Source of the DNA: Bordetella parapertussis
GTDB lineage: Bacteria > Pseudomonadota > Gammaproteobacteria > Burkholderiales > SG8-39
Assembly: GCA_945861875.1 (NCBI GenBank)
Contig: CAMAWC010000001.1
Span: 41,805-105,804, forward strand
Direction: 5' to 3'
DNA: 64,000 nt
Part shown: positions 33,353 through 43,132 of the stretch, piece by piece
Layout: each line of letters opens with the position of its first letter
Position numbering within the stretch: the stretch's first letter is position 1
Position numbers and translations under genes: made by a program
Notes under the pieces: generated by a model
The model's input: the letters and a program-made list of their open reading frames with translations, nothing else
Told to the model about the DNA's origin: nothing
Database searches by the model: none

Positions 33353-33381
33353 AATATAGCGGGTTTCTGCAAGCCTTGCAA
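33353..33381 (-). promoter_or_regulatory. Putative sigma70 promoter upstream of leuA (TTGCAA-17 nt-TATATT)
   Basis: On the minus strand TTGCAA lies at 33381-33376 and TATATT at 33358-33353, about 190 nt upstream of the leuA ATG. Confidence 0.45.
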
Positions 33382-33409
33382 CAACAGGCCAAAGTCGACC
33401 GCCTACCGT

Positions 33410-34171
33410 TCAGAAAGGCTGCCGCGACGCACCGTGCCTGCGCATGGCCCACATTACGTAACCAGACAGGGAATAGGCGACGAACAGCAGGAACAGCACC
33501 AACGGCGGATTGCTTGATATCAGCACCAGCGCGACAACGATCAGCAACACGCCCCAGAAGGGCACGCTGCGTCGGAAGTTGAGATCCTTGAAACTGTAGA
33601 ACGGCAGGTTGGTCACCATGGTAACGCCGGCAAAAAAAGTCATGACGCAGGCGATCCAGCGCAGTACATCCACGCGTGCAATGCCAAAATCGTCACTGAC
33701 CCAGATAAAACCGGCCACCACCGCCGCCGCCGCCGGACTTGGCAGCCCCTGGAACCAGCGCTTGTCGACGACGTCAATATTGGTATTGAACCGGGCAAGA
33801 CGCAGGGCGGCGCAGGCGCAATAGACAAACGCGGCAATCCAGCCGGCGCGGCCCAAATCCTTAAGCGCCCACTCGTACATCACCAGGGCCGGTGCCGCGC
33901 CGAACGACACCATATCGGAAAGCGAGTCATATTCGGCGCCAAATTCGCTCTGCGTGCGCGTCATGCGCGCCACGCGCCCATCCAAACCGTCGAGCACCAT
34001 GGCGACAAAAATCGCCACCGCCGCCAGCTCAAAGCGCTGGTTCATCGCCTGCACGATGGCGTAAAACCCGGCGAATAAGGCCGCGGTCGTAAACAGATTG
34101 GGCAAAAGATAGATGCCTCGCCGGCGAAACTCGGCGTTAAGCAAAGGGCGGCGCGGCTTGCGTTCAAGCAT
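33410..34171 (-). CDS. pssA: CDP-diacylglycerol--serine O-phosphatidyltransferase
   Basis: CDP-alcohol phosphatidyltransferase motif [28 protein letters not shown]; polytopic. Confidence 0.9.
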   Translation of the reverse strand: MLERKPRRPLLNAEFRRRGIYLLPNLFTTAALFAGFYAIVQAMNQRFELAAVAIFVAMVLDGLDGRVARMTRTQSEFGAEYDSLSDMVSFGAAPALVMYEWALKDLGRAGWIAAFVYCACAALRLARFNTNIDVVDKRWFQGLPSPAAAAVVAGFIWVSDDFGIARVDVLRWIACVMTFFAGVTMVTNLPFYSFKDLNFRRSVPFWGVLLIVVALVLISSNPPLVLFLLFVAYSLSGYVMWAMRRHGASRQPF

Positions 34172-34817
34172 GTTCGGGAAGAATCGCGAGAGTGGTGCTT
34201 GAAGCGCTCACTTTATCACCCAGCGCCGCCTTCACCACCGAACCGGGCGGAAGATAGACATCGACGCGCGAGCCAAAGCGTATGAAGCCATAACGCTCGC
34301 CGCGGGCGAGTCTATCCCCGGCCTTGGCGTAACACAGTATGCGCCGCGCAATCAGCCCAGCCACCTGCACGCATGTGATGTCATGGCCCCTGGCCGTCTT
34401 CAGCCATAAGGCGTTGCGTTCATTCTCGAGGGACGCCTTGTCCAGGGCGGCGTTAAGAAAAGAACCTGCGTGATACCAGACTTGCTTGACCTCGCCATCG
34501 ACCGGCGCCCGGTTGGAATGCACATTGAAGACGTTCATGAAAACGCTGATCTTTATCGCCGGGCGCTTGAGGTAGGGGTCCTCCGCATTCTCGACGACGA
34601 CAATGCGCCCGTCCGCCGGAGACACCACCGTTTGCGCGTCCCCCGGAATATCGCGCGCCGGGTCGCGAAAAAACTGCAGAACAAAAAGCGCGGCAATCCA
34701 CAGTGGCAGCGACCACCATCCGGCAAACCAGGCAACCGCGGCCGCCATTGCGACACTGATCGCAAGAAACGGCCAGCCCTCACGGGCGATGATCGGATGG
34801 GGATACTGCTTGCTCAT
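34164..34817 (-). CDS. psd: Phosphatidylserine decarboxylase (short, PSD-A-like type)
   Basis: 217-aa ORF with two N-terminal TM helices and a C-terminal FGSR processing-site-like motif. 8-nt overlap with pssA. Confidence 0.85.
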   Translation of the reverse strand: MSKQYPHPIIAREGWPFLAISVAMAAAVAWFAGWWSLPLWIAALFVLQFFRDPARDIPGDAQTVVSPADGRIVVVENAEDPYLKRPAIKISVFMNVFNVHSNRAPVDGEVKQVWYHAGSFLNAALDKASLENERNALWLKTARGHDITCVQVAGLIARRILCYAKAGDRLARGERYGFIRFGSRVDVYLPPGSVVKAALGDKVSASSTTLAILPEHA

Positions 34818-35014
34818 GGTTTTTTATCGCCCTCGTCTTTCGCCCTCTCAGACGCTTTGTTCATCGCATCGCCCACACCCGCGGCCGCCTTGTCGACGGT
34901 TTGCTTGGGCGCATTGCCGACCTGCTTCGCGGCCTTTGATTCGGGAACCTTGTCACCGCATCCGGCGAGGAGAAAAAACGCGCTCAGCAGCAGGACCTTG
35001 CGCATGGTATGCAT
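34814..35014 (-). CDS. Small lipoprotein, function unknown
   Basis: [20 protein letters not shown] contains a lipobox (LAGC). The mature part is Lys/Ala/Asp-rich. ATGA overlap with the psd start. The start is placed at 35014, downstream of the ilvC terminator hairpin. Confidence 0.6.
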   Translation of the reverse strand: MHTMRKVLLLSAFFLLAGCGDKVPESKAAKQVGNAPKQTVDKAAAGVGDAMNKASERAKDEGDKKP

Positions 35015-35036
35015 CAAATAACACCCCTTTAACGGC

Positions 35037-35060
35037 AAAACGGGCACGTTGCCGTGCCCG
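35037..35060 (-). terminator. Rho-independent terminator downstream of ilvC
   Basis: Minus strand: CGGGCACG-GCAA-CGTGCCCG followed by TTTT. Confidence 0.6.
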
Positions 35061-35064
35061 AACT

Positions 35065-35140
35065 ATGCTCTCTGCCCGATTAGACCGGAAAACTCAGTTA
35101 CGCGACTGGTCAACCAACTTGTTTTTCTTGATCCAAGGCA
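35065..35140. repeat. Distal copy of a 76-bp direct repeat (relic of the ilvC 3' end plus 3' UTR)
   Basis: About 68 of 76 positions are identical to 35215-35290, exactly 150 bp away. On the minus strand it reads ..[14 protein letters not shown]-stop, the same as the real ilvC C-terminus. Confidence 0.85.
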
Positions 35141-35214
35141 CGGAGGGCGGGGTTTCGCGAGGCATGCCTCGCGCCGCCCGACGCCCCGTGCGCACGCGCG
35201 CGCGCGGGGGGATG

Positions 35215-36338
<1,124 letters not shown>

Positions 36339-36830
36339 TCAAACTTTCAGTGTCCGTTCCCCACGGGCGATGCCGGATGCGCCGGTGCGTACCGTCTCCA
36401 GGATCGCGCTTCGATCCAGGGCCTGCAAAAACGCATCAAGCTTTTCCCCGGTCCCGGTCAGCTCCATCGTGTACGTGGCGTCGGTGACATCGAGAATGCG
36501 GCCGCGAAAAATATCGGCCATGCGCATGAGTTCCTCACGATCCTTTCCAATCGCCCGCACCTTGATGAGCATCAACTCACGCTCGATATGCGGCGCCTCG
36601 GCGAGATCGGAAAGCTTCACCACCTCCACCAGCTTGTTCAACTGCTTGGTGATCTGCTCGATCACGTCATCCGAACCGGCGGTAACGATGGTCATGCGCG
36701 ACAGCGACGGATCTTCCGTCGGCGCCACGGTCAGCGACTCGATGTTGTAACCGCGAGCGGAGAACAAGCCGGATACGCGGGAAAGCGCACCGGCCTCGTT
36801 TTCAAGCAAGATGGAAATGATGTGTCGCAT
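36339..36830 (-). CDS. ilvH: Acetolactate synthase small (regulatory) subunit
   Basis: MRHIISILLENEAGALSRVSGLFSARGYNIESLTV.. is the ACT domain. 163 aa. Confidence 0.9.
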   Translation of the reverse strand: MRHIISILLENEAGALSRVSGLFSARGYNIESLTVAPTEDPSLSRMTIVTAGSDDVIEQITKQLNKLVEVVKLSDLAEAPHIERELMLIKVRAIGKDREELMRMADIFRGRILDVTDATYTMELTGTGEKLDAFLQALDRSAILETVRTGASGIARGERTLKV

Positions 36831-36890
36831 GTCGTGGTGTGTCGTGGTGTGTCGTGGTGTGTCGTAGTGTGTCGTAATGTGTCGTAATGT
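36831..36890. repeat. Tandem 10-bp repeat, six units (GTCGTGGTGT x3, GTCGTAGTGT, GTCGTAATGT x2) with degenerate partial units on both flanks
   Basis: Read directly from the sequence. On the minus strand it reads (ACATTACGAC)2 ACACTACGAC (ACACCACGAC)3 and runs straight into the ilvH ATG (36830-36828). Confidence 0.9.
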
Positions 36891-36969
36891 ATCGTGAACT
36901 GGTGACCCGTGAAACAGACCGGTTTATGCGGCGGGACCGGTTCGCCACGCTAAAGGAACTGCCCGGCCG

Positions 36970-38694
36970 TCAGAGCTCTTCGGCGAGGATCATCTCCGAA
37001 ATACCCTTGCCGCCGGGGACCATTGGAAAGACGTTCTCCTTCTGGTCGGTGATGAAATCCATGAATACCAGGTCGTCCTTGCGCGCAAGCGCCTCCTTCA
37101 GGGCCGGCTCGATGTCACCGGGTTTTTCGATTTTCATGCCGACGTGGCCGTAGCTCTCCGCCAGCTTTACAAAATCGGGCAGCGCATTCATGTACGACTC
37201 GGCGTAGCGGTTGCCATGGAAGAACTCCTGCCACTGCCGCACCATGCCCATGTAGCGGTTGTTCAGGTTGATGATCTTCACCGGCAAGTGATATTGCTTG
37301 CAGGTGGAAAGCTCCTGTATGCACATCTGTATCGATGCCTCGCCGGTAATGCAGGCGACAGTCGCCCCCGGGTTTGCAAGGATCGCGCCCATCGCATACG
37401 GCAGGCCCACGCCCATGGTGCCGAGGCCGCCGGAATTGATCCAGCGACGGGGCTTGTCGAATTTGTAAAATTGCGCCGCCCACATCTGGTGCTGGCCGAC
37501 ATCGGAGGTGACGATGGCATCGCCGCCGGTGAGTTCGTAGAGCTTCTCGATCACGGCCTGCGGCTTGATGATTGCGCTGGTGCGGTCGTACTTGAGGCAA
37601 TCACGCGAGCGCCATTTCTCGATCTGCGCCCACCAGTCCTTGAGCGCGCGCTCATCCGGCCTGGTCTTTGCCTCCTGCAACAGTTTTATCATCTCGTCGA
37701 GTACGTCGGTCACGTTGCCCACGATGGGCACGTCGACCTTGACGCGCTTGGAAATCGACGACGGGTCGATGTCGATGTGGATGATCTTGCGCGGGTTCTG
37801 CGCGAAGTGCTCCGGGCTGCCGATGACGCGATCATCGAAGCGCGCGCCGACGGCAAGCAACACATCGCAATTTTGCATCGCCATGTTGGCTTCGTAGGTC
37901 CCGTGCATGCCCAGCATGCCGAGGGACTGGGGGTCGGTGGCAGGATATCCGCCAAGGCCCATAAGCGTATTGGTGCAGGGGAAACCAAGCTGCTTCACAA
38001 ATGCGGTGAGTTGCGGCGCCGCCTCGGACAGGATGACGCCGCCGCCGGCATAGATCATCGGCCGCTCGGCCTCGAGCAGCAACTGCACCGCCTTCTTGAT
38101 CTGCCCCGGATGCCCCTTGGTGACCGGGTTGTAGGAACGCATGGTCACCGTTTCCGGATACTCGAAGCGGGCCTTTGCGATGGTGATGTCCTTGGGAATG
38201 TCGACCAGGACCGGCCCGGGACGCCCGCTGCTGGCGAGGTAAAACGCCTTCTTCATTGTCGCGGCGATGTCCTTGGCGTCCTTCACCAGGAAATTGTGCT
38301 TAACGCAGGGACGGGTGATGCCCACCGTATCGACTTCCTGGAACGCGTCCTCGCCGATCGCGCGCGTCGGGACCTGCCCGCTGATGATCACCATCGGGAT
38401 GGAATCGAGGTAGGCGGTGGCAATACCGGTCACCGCATTGGTGAGTCCCGGGCCGGAGGTAACCAGGCACACGCCGACCTTCTTGCTCGAACGCGCGTAC
38501 CCGTCGGCGGCGTGCGCCGCGCCCTGCTCATGGCGCACCAGCACATGCTTGACCTTGTCCTGCTTGAAAATCTCGTCGTACAAATACAGCACCGCCCCGC
38601 CGGGATAGCCGAAAATAAACTCGACCTTCTCCTCCTGCAGGCATTTGATGACGATCTCAGCGCCGGTAAATTCCAAAGTCGGTCCGCGGTCCAT
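36970..38694 (-). CDS. ilvI: Acetolactate synthase large (catalytic) subunit
   Basis: 574-aa ORF with FGYPGGAVL, a ThDP-binding motif region (GLGTMGVGLPYAMG ... NLNNRYMGMV) and full-length AHAS similarity. Confidence 0.95.
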   Translation of the reverse strand: MDRGPTLEFTGAEIVIKCLQEEKVEFIFGYPGGAVLYLYDEIFKQDKVKHVLVRHEQGAAHAADGYARSSKKVGVCLVTSGPGLTNAVTGIATAYLDSIPMVIISGQVPTRAIGEDAFQEVDTVGITRPCVKHNFLVKDAKDIAATMKKAFYLASSGRPGPVLVDIPKDITIAKARFEYPETVTMRSYNPVTKGHPGQIKKAVQLLLEAERPMIYAGGGVILSEAAPQLTAFVKQLGFPCTNTLMGLGGYPATDPQSLGMLGMHGTYEANMAMQNCDVLLAVGARFDDRVIGSPEHFAQNPRKIIHIDIDPSSISKRVKVDVPIVGNVTDVLDEMIKLLQEAKTRPDERALKDWWAQIEKWRSRDCLKYDRTSAIIKPQAVIEKLYELTGGDAIVTSDVGQHQMWAAQFYKFDKPRRWINSGGLGTMGVGLPYAMGAILANPGATVACITGEASIQMCIQELSTCKQYHLPVKIINLNNRYMGMVRQWQEFFHGNRYAESYMNALPDFVKLAESYGHVGMKIEKPGDIEPALKEALARKDDLVFMDFITDQKENVFPMVPGGKGISEMILAEEL

Positions 38695-38832
38695 GTTTGG
38701 GGCATCCTGTGGCTTGTGTGCGCGCCTTGCCTAGGCACAAATACGCGATGCGGCGAAAACCCAACAGGTTAAATCCTAAGGCTTGATTGGTCAAGTTTTT
38801 TTGCCCTTTAGCCGAACATTTGAAACGCCGTT

Positions 38833-39477
38833 TTGGTACTATGTTTTGATACCATCCTGAGCGACGGCTGCATAAAGCCGCGCACCCATAACAAAATAAA
38901 GGGGCCGACCCTGGCTTCACGCAAGGAACTTTCCGAATTTCTCGCCAGCGTGGAACGACGCGCCTTCAAGCAGGCGGTCTTTGCCGTGCGCGACGAGGAA
39001 CACGCCCTTGACATCGTCCAGGACTCGATGTTGAAGCTGGCCGAAAAGTACGGGGCCAAGCCGGTCGCGGAATGGCCGATGCTGTTCCAGCGTATCCTGC
39101 AAAACACCATTCGCGACTTTTATCGTCGCCAGAAGGTGCGTTCGCGCTGGACCACGCTGTTTTCCGCGCTTTCGCCCAAGCACGAAGATGAAGATTTCGA
39201 TCCACTTGAAACTCTTTCGCCAAGCGACGACTCCAACAAGCCCAAACAACCTGGAGATACGCTGGAGCAGGCACAAGTACTTGAAATTATTGAGAACGAG
39301 ATCCGCAAGCTGCCACCACGTCAACGCGAAGCCTTTCTGCTGCGTTATTGGGAAGAGCTCGACGTTGCCGAGACGGCTGCGGCTATGGGTTGCTCCGGGG
39401 GCAGCGTAAAGACGCATTGCTCTCGTGCCACACACGCCCTCGCCGTGGCGCTACGTGCAAAAGGAATCGAATTATGA
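38833..39477 (+). CDS. ECF-type RNA polymerase sigma factor
   Basis: Region 2 (ALDIVQDSMLKL..FQRILQNTIRDFYRR) and region 4 HTH (LPPRQREAFLLRYWEELDVAETAAAMGCSGGSVKTHCSRA). The N-terminal 30 codons of the track ORF look non-coding, so the true start is uncertain. Confidence 0.8.
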   Translation: MVLCFDTILSDGCIKPRTHNKIKGPTLASRKELSEFLASVERRAFKQAVFAVRDEEHALDIVQDSMLKLAEKYGAKPVAEWPMLFQRILQNTIRDFYRRQKVRSRWTTLFSALSPKHEDEDFDPLETLSPSDDSNKPKQPGDTLEQAQVLEIIENEIRKLPPRQREAFLLRYWEELDVAETAAAMGCSGGSVKTHCSRATHALAVALRAKGIEL

Positions 39478-39854
39478 ACGAAGAAACCGTATTCGCAAAT
39501 AAAATCAGGAAGTTACTGAACAAAAACCTGACCCTCAAGTCGGATCAGGTGGAGCGCCTTCGCGCCGCGCGCGAACAAGCCCTGACACACCAGCGCACGG
39601 CGCAGCCGGCATTGGCCATGACTGTTTCCGATCGCGTGACCGCCGTGCTTGGCGGCGGACCGGGTTTTGTGTCGCAAATGGCGATGGCCGTACTGTTCCT
39701 CGTCGTCGGCCTGATCGGGATCACCTACTGGAACAATACCCAGAGAGTCGCCGACATTGAAGAAATCGATGCTGCGTTACTTACCAGCGACCTTCCGATT
39801 GACGCCTATCTGGACAAGGGCTTCGACGCATGGCTAAAGCGCTCCTCGCCCTAG
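39474..39854 (+). CDS. DUF3619 membrane protein (candidate anti-sigma partner)
   Basis: 126 aa from ATG 39474 (ATGA overlap with the sigma gene stop), with a single central TM (MAMAVLFLVVGLIGITYW). Family name from memory. Confidence 0.7.
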   Translation: MNEETVFANKIRKLLNKNLTLKSDQVERLRAAREQALTHQRTAQPALAMTVSDRVTAVLGGGPGFVSQMAMAVLFLVVGLIGITYWNNTQRVADIEEIDAALLTSDLPIDAYLDKGFDAWLKRSSP

Positions 39855-40312
39855 CGCTGGGCGCGCTTTGCCTGATCTCGTCTTTCGCCCACGCGGCAAC
39901 CGAGAAAAAGCAGCCGGCCTGGGCCGAACTCAAAACCGAGCAAAAGCGGATTCTCGCGCCGCTTGAGCCCGACTGGGACCAGATGGAGCCCCAGCGCAAG
40001 AAAAAATGGATAGGCATCGCCAATCGCTATCCAAAAATGAAGCCGGACGAGCAAAAGCGCGTGCAGCAGCAAATGAGCGCCTGGGCGAAACTCACGCCTG
40101 AAGAGCGTCGCGTCGCGCGCGAGCGCTATCAAAAACTCTCCAAGCTCCCGCCGGAGCAAAAAAAGGCGGTGAACAAGCAATGGCAGGAATACCAGCAACT
40201 GCCCGAAGAGCAGAAACAACAGTATTTGACCGGCGCCAAGGCTGCCCCACCGGCCAAAGTGCCGGCTGCGCCCCCCGCCGCGGTACCGGCCGTCGCTCCG
40301 GCGGCACGCTGA
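39830..40312 (+). CDS. DUF3106 periplasmic protein
   Basis: Signal peptide (..LISSFAHA), repeated xxEQ/ER..W helical motifs (KTEQKRIL, PQRKKKW, PDEQKRV, TPEERRVARERY, PPEQKKAV, PEEQKQQY) and a Pro/Ala tail. Confidence 0.7.
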   Translation: MAKALLALALGALCLISSFAHAATEKKQPAWAELKTEQKRILAPLEPDWDQMEPQRKKKWIGIANRYPKMKPDEQKRVQQQMSAWAKLTPEERRVARERYQKLSKLPPEQKKAVNKQWQEYQQLPEEQKQQYLTGAKAAPPAKVPAAPPAAVPAVAPAAR

Positions 40313-40322
40313 CCCAAACAGC

Positions 40323-40868
40323 GTGACAACCGGCGTCACCCGGCCGGCTGCGGCTCAATTGTGGCGGCGCCTCGCATCCCTTTGCTACGAAGCCCTGCTG
40401 GTCGCCGCCCTGCTTCTGGCGACCACGGTGTTTTTTTACATTGTCTTTCCCAGCTTGATCAGCGGCGCTTTGCGCCTGCTGTTGCAATTGACCCTGGCAG
40501 CGGTATTGACCGCCTATTTCCTCTGGTGCTGGTGCCACGGCGGCCAGACCCTGCCGATGAAGGCCTGGAAAATCCGGCTGGTGGATGGCGCGGGAATACC
40601 ACCGTCGCCCTCGCGTGCGCTGACCCGCTTCGTGCTTGCGGCATTGACCCTTGGCTCAGCTTGCGCCGGCCTCGCAGTCTTGTGGAAAAAACCTCACGAG
40701 GTGCTCGGCTGGAGCCTGCTCGCGCCGGGCCTGGCCAGTCTCGTCTGGGCGCTGCTTGACCGCGACCGGCAGTTCCTGCACGACCGGCTGGCCGGCACGC
40801 ACATCGTCAGCACGGTGCCGGCACAACCCGAACACCAGCCCAAGCGCGGGCAGGCGCCCGCAGACTGA
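40323..40868 (+). CDS. RDD-family membrane protein
   Basis: 181-aa ORF with a GTG start. It has WRRLASLCYEALLV, three TM helices and the motif LLDRDRQFLHDRLAGT. Confidence 0.7.
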   Translation: MTTGVTRPAAAQLWRRLASLCYEALLVAALLLATTVFFYIVFPSLISGALRLLLQLTLAAVLTAYFLWCWCHGGQTLPMKAWKIRLVDGAGIPPSPSRALTRFVLAALTLGSACAGLAVLWKKPHEVLGWSLLAPGLASLVWALLDRDRQFLHDRLAGTHIVSTVPAQPEHQPKRGQAPAD

Positions 40869-40874
40869 GTCGCG

Positions 40875-41948
40875 CTAGCGCCGCTCCACCCACCACATCA
40901 TCACCAGGGCCGCCGACAGGAACAGCATGCTGGGCAGAATGGCGCTGGTCAATGGCGCCCAGTTTTGCAGCAATCCCAGATGGGAAAACAGGCTGTTGAG
41001 CATGTGAAACAAGACGCCGAGCATGATGCCCAGGAAAATCTTCACACCAACCCCGCCCGCACGCGTATGCAGGTACGCAAACGGCAGGGCCAGCGCCATC
41101 ATCACCAGGGCGACAAAGGGGTAGATGAGCTTTTTCCACAACGCTATCTCGAAACGCTCGGTCTTTTGCTTGTTGTTGTCCAGATGCCGGGTGTACTGGT
41201 AGAGGTTCCACGCCGACATGCGTTCAGGCTGGACAATCAGCACCGAGAGCATGTCCGGCGTCAGCACTGAGGTCCACATCATCTCGGGCAGTTTTTCCAG
41301 CGCAACCGTTTTGCTGTCAAAGCGCGTGCGCACAACCGCCGACAGCCGCCAGACGTTATCGGCCTGGTAATCGCCGCGCGCGGCCTCACTGATAGAGAGC
41401 AGGCGGAATTCGCTGTCAAAGTCATAGACCTTGATGTTCTTGATCGTTGCATCGGGCAGCACCTCGCGCACATTGACGAAGCGCGTATCGTCCTTAACCC
41501 ACAGCCCGGTGCGCAGGTCCTGCGCCAGGGAAGAGCTCAGGGCGGACAGGCGCAGCTGTTGCGCCGCCTTCTCGGCGTACGGGGTGACCAGCTCGCCGAA
41601 CACCATGGTCAACACGACAAACACAATGCCAATGCGCCCCAGCATCAGCGCCGCCCGCATTGAGGAGAGCCCCGACACGCGCATCACCGTAAACTCCGAA
41701 TTGGAAGCGAGCTGGGACAGTGAATACAGCGTGCCAATCAGCACCGCGATGGGCGCCAGTTCATAGACGTGTCCGGGCACGTTCAGCAGAACATAGAGCA
41801 GGATGTGCGGCAGCCGGTAATTACCCTTGCCCAGCTCCCCCAACTCATTGATCAGGTCAAAAAACGCGAACAGTGCCAGAAAGGACAGGAACACAAAGGC
41901 GGTTGAATAATAAATGTCGCGCGCTATGTAGCGGCGAACGGTGTTCAT
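40875..41948 (-). CDS. lptG: LPS export ABC transporter permease LptG
   Basis: 357 aa from ATG 41948 (MNTVRRYIARDIYYSTAFVFL..), YjgP/YjgQ family. 4-nt overlap with lptF. The upstream 93 codons of the track ORF are rejected. Confidence 0.85.
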   Translation of the reverse strand: MNTVRRYIARDIYYSTAFVFLSFLALFAFFDLINELGELGKGNYRLPHILLYVLLNVPGHVYELAPIAVLIGTLYSLSQLASNSEFTVMRVSGLSSMRAALMLGRIGIVFVVLTMVFGELVTPYAEKAAQQLRLSALSSSLAQDLRTGLWVKDDTRFVNVREVLPDATIKNIKVYDFDSEFRLLSISEAARGDYQADNVWRLSAVVRTRFDSKTVALEKLPEMMWTSVLTPDMLSVLIVQPERMSAWNLYQYTRHLDNNKQKTERFEIALWKKLIYPFVALVMMALALPFAYLHTRAGGVGVKIFLGIMLGVLFHMLNSLFSHLGLLQNWAPLTSAILPSMLFLSAALVMMWWVERR

Positions 41949-43078
41949 CGGCGCCACCGCAGCAGGGAACCCAGGCTCATCCTGCGCCAGAACAAAAACG
42001 CCAGGACCGCCAGCATCAGCGCATGCACCAGCCACCAGCCCGCGGCAAAGCTGATCTTGCCCTGGCCCACCCAGGCCTGGGTTACGCTCACAAGATTGCT
42101 GTAAGTCATGTAAGTGAGCACCGCGAAGACCAGGTTCACCGAACGGCTGGCACGCGGATTGACAAACGACAGCGGTATCGCCAACAGGGCAAGATTCACC
42201 GCGGCGAGGGGCAGGCCAATGCGCCACAGCAACTCGGCCAGGTTTCCCCTGACCGGATCGGTCAGCAGCGTCCAGGTCGACAAGGCCTTGCTTGACACAG
42301 AACCGGTCTTCGCCTCCTTGGTTTCGATGCGCGTGGCATAGCGCTCGAAGTCCATGACACGGTACTCGGTGGTGCCGACCTCGCCGTCATAACGGCGCCC
42401 GTCCAGCAGCACGGCAAAACGGTCGCCGTTGGGCGCCGTCTCCAGAAAACCGCGCCGGCTTACCAGGATGCCCTGGTTGCCGTGCAGGAAAGTGGAAATG
42501 AACACGTTCCTGACATTGGTGGCATCACCGGCGACGGATTCGACAAAAAATACCTTGTCGCCGCTGGCCGCCTCGCGAAACACGCCCGGGGCGATGCGTG
42601 ACACCTCATCGCGATTGTCCATTTGCTGGCGATAGAGCTCGCTCTTGTTGATCGCCCACGGTGCGAGAAAAAACGAGAGCCCCGCGATCAGCACCACCAG
42701 CGGCGCTGCGAACACCAGCACCGGCCGGATCCATGCGGTGAGGCCGAGCCCGCAGCTGAACCAGACCACCATCTCCGAATCACGGTAACTGCGCGTGAGC
42801 GTCATCAACACGGAAATGAACAGCGTCAGCGACAGCAGCACCGGCAGGTAATTGAGCGCCGAAAAGCCGAGCAGCGCGAGCACCGCCTCGGAGGGCAGCT
42901 TGCCATTGGCCGCCTGGCCAAGGAAACGGATAAGCTGGGTGGTCAGGGTGATCGCGAAAAGCGTGGCAAACACGGCCAGGGCATGGTTACCGAATTCGCG
43001 CAGCAGCGAACGCTGAAAAATGGTATTCAACGGATCCGGGCCGGGATTTGCCACAGTGTTTTGACTTGCTCGGAGCAA
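41945..43078 (-). CDS. lptF: LPS export ABC transporter permease LptF
   Basis: ..IFQRSLLREFGNHALAVFATLFAITLTTQLIRFLG.. identifies the YjgP/YjgQ family. An alternative TTG start at 43030 (MNTIFQRS..) is plausible. Confidence 0.8.
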   Translation of the reverse strand: MLRASQNTVANPGPDPLNTIFQRSLLREFGNHALAVFATLFAITLTTQLIRFLGQAANGKLPSEAVLALLGFSALNYLPVLLSLTLFISVLMTLTRSYRDSEMVVWFSCGLGLTAWIRPVLVFAAPLVVLIAGLSFFLAPWAINKSELYRQQMDNRDEVSRIAPGVFREAASGDKVFFVESVAGDATNVRNVFISTFLHGNQGILVSRRGFLETAPNGDRFAVLLDGRRYDGEVGTTEYRVMDFERYATRIETKEAKTGSVSSKALSTWTLLTDPVRGNLAELLWRIGLPLAAVNLALLAIPLSFVNPRASRSVNLVFAVLTYMTYSNLVSVTQAWVGQGKISFAAGWWLVHALMLAVLAFLFWRRMSLGSLLRWRR

Positions 43079-43132
43079 AGCGTGGATAATCGGCCTTGTC
43101 GAACAGCATCAATATCGGACGGAAAAAACATC

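Noticed and set aside
36831-36890. The tandem 10-mers here, and the 12-mers at 50406-50477, considered as possible CRISPR arrays.
   Set aside because: The units are contiguous with no spacers and far shorter than CRISPR repeats. No cas genes are present. They are simple tandem repeats.
38695-38832. Possible ilv leader peptide or attenuator upstream of ilvI.
   Set aside because: I found no small ORF rich in Val/Ile/Leu codons and no terminator-like hairpin with a U-run in the 138-nt spacer.
42623-43132. 170-codon N-terminal extension of the pepA ORF in the track; similar upstream extensions occur for ispB, lptG, valS, rppH, pilS, pilR and the MFS gene.
   Set aside because: The extensions overlap neighbouring genes on the other strand or are low-complexity. 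Conserved N-termini begin at internal ATGs with plausible RBSs, so I used shorter starts.
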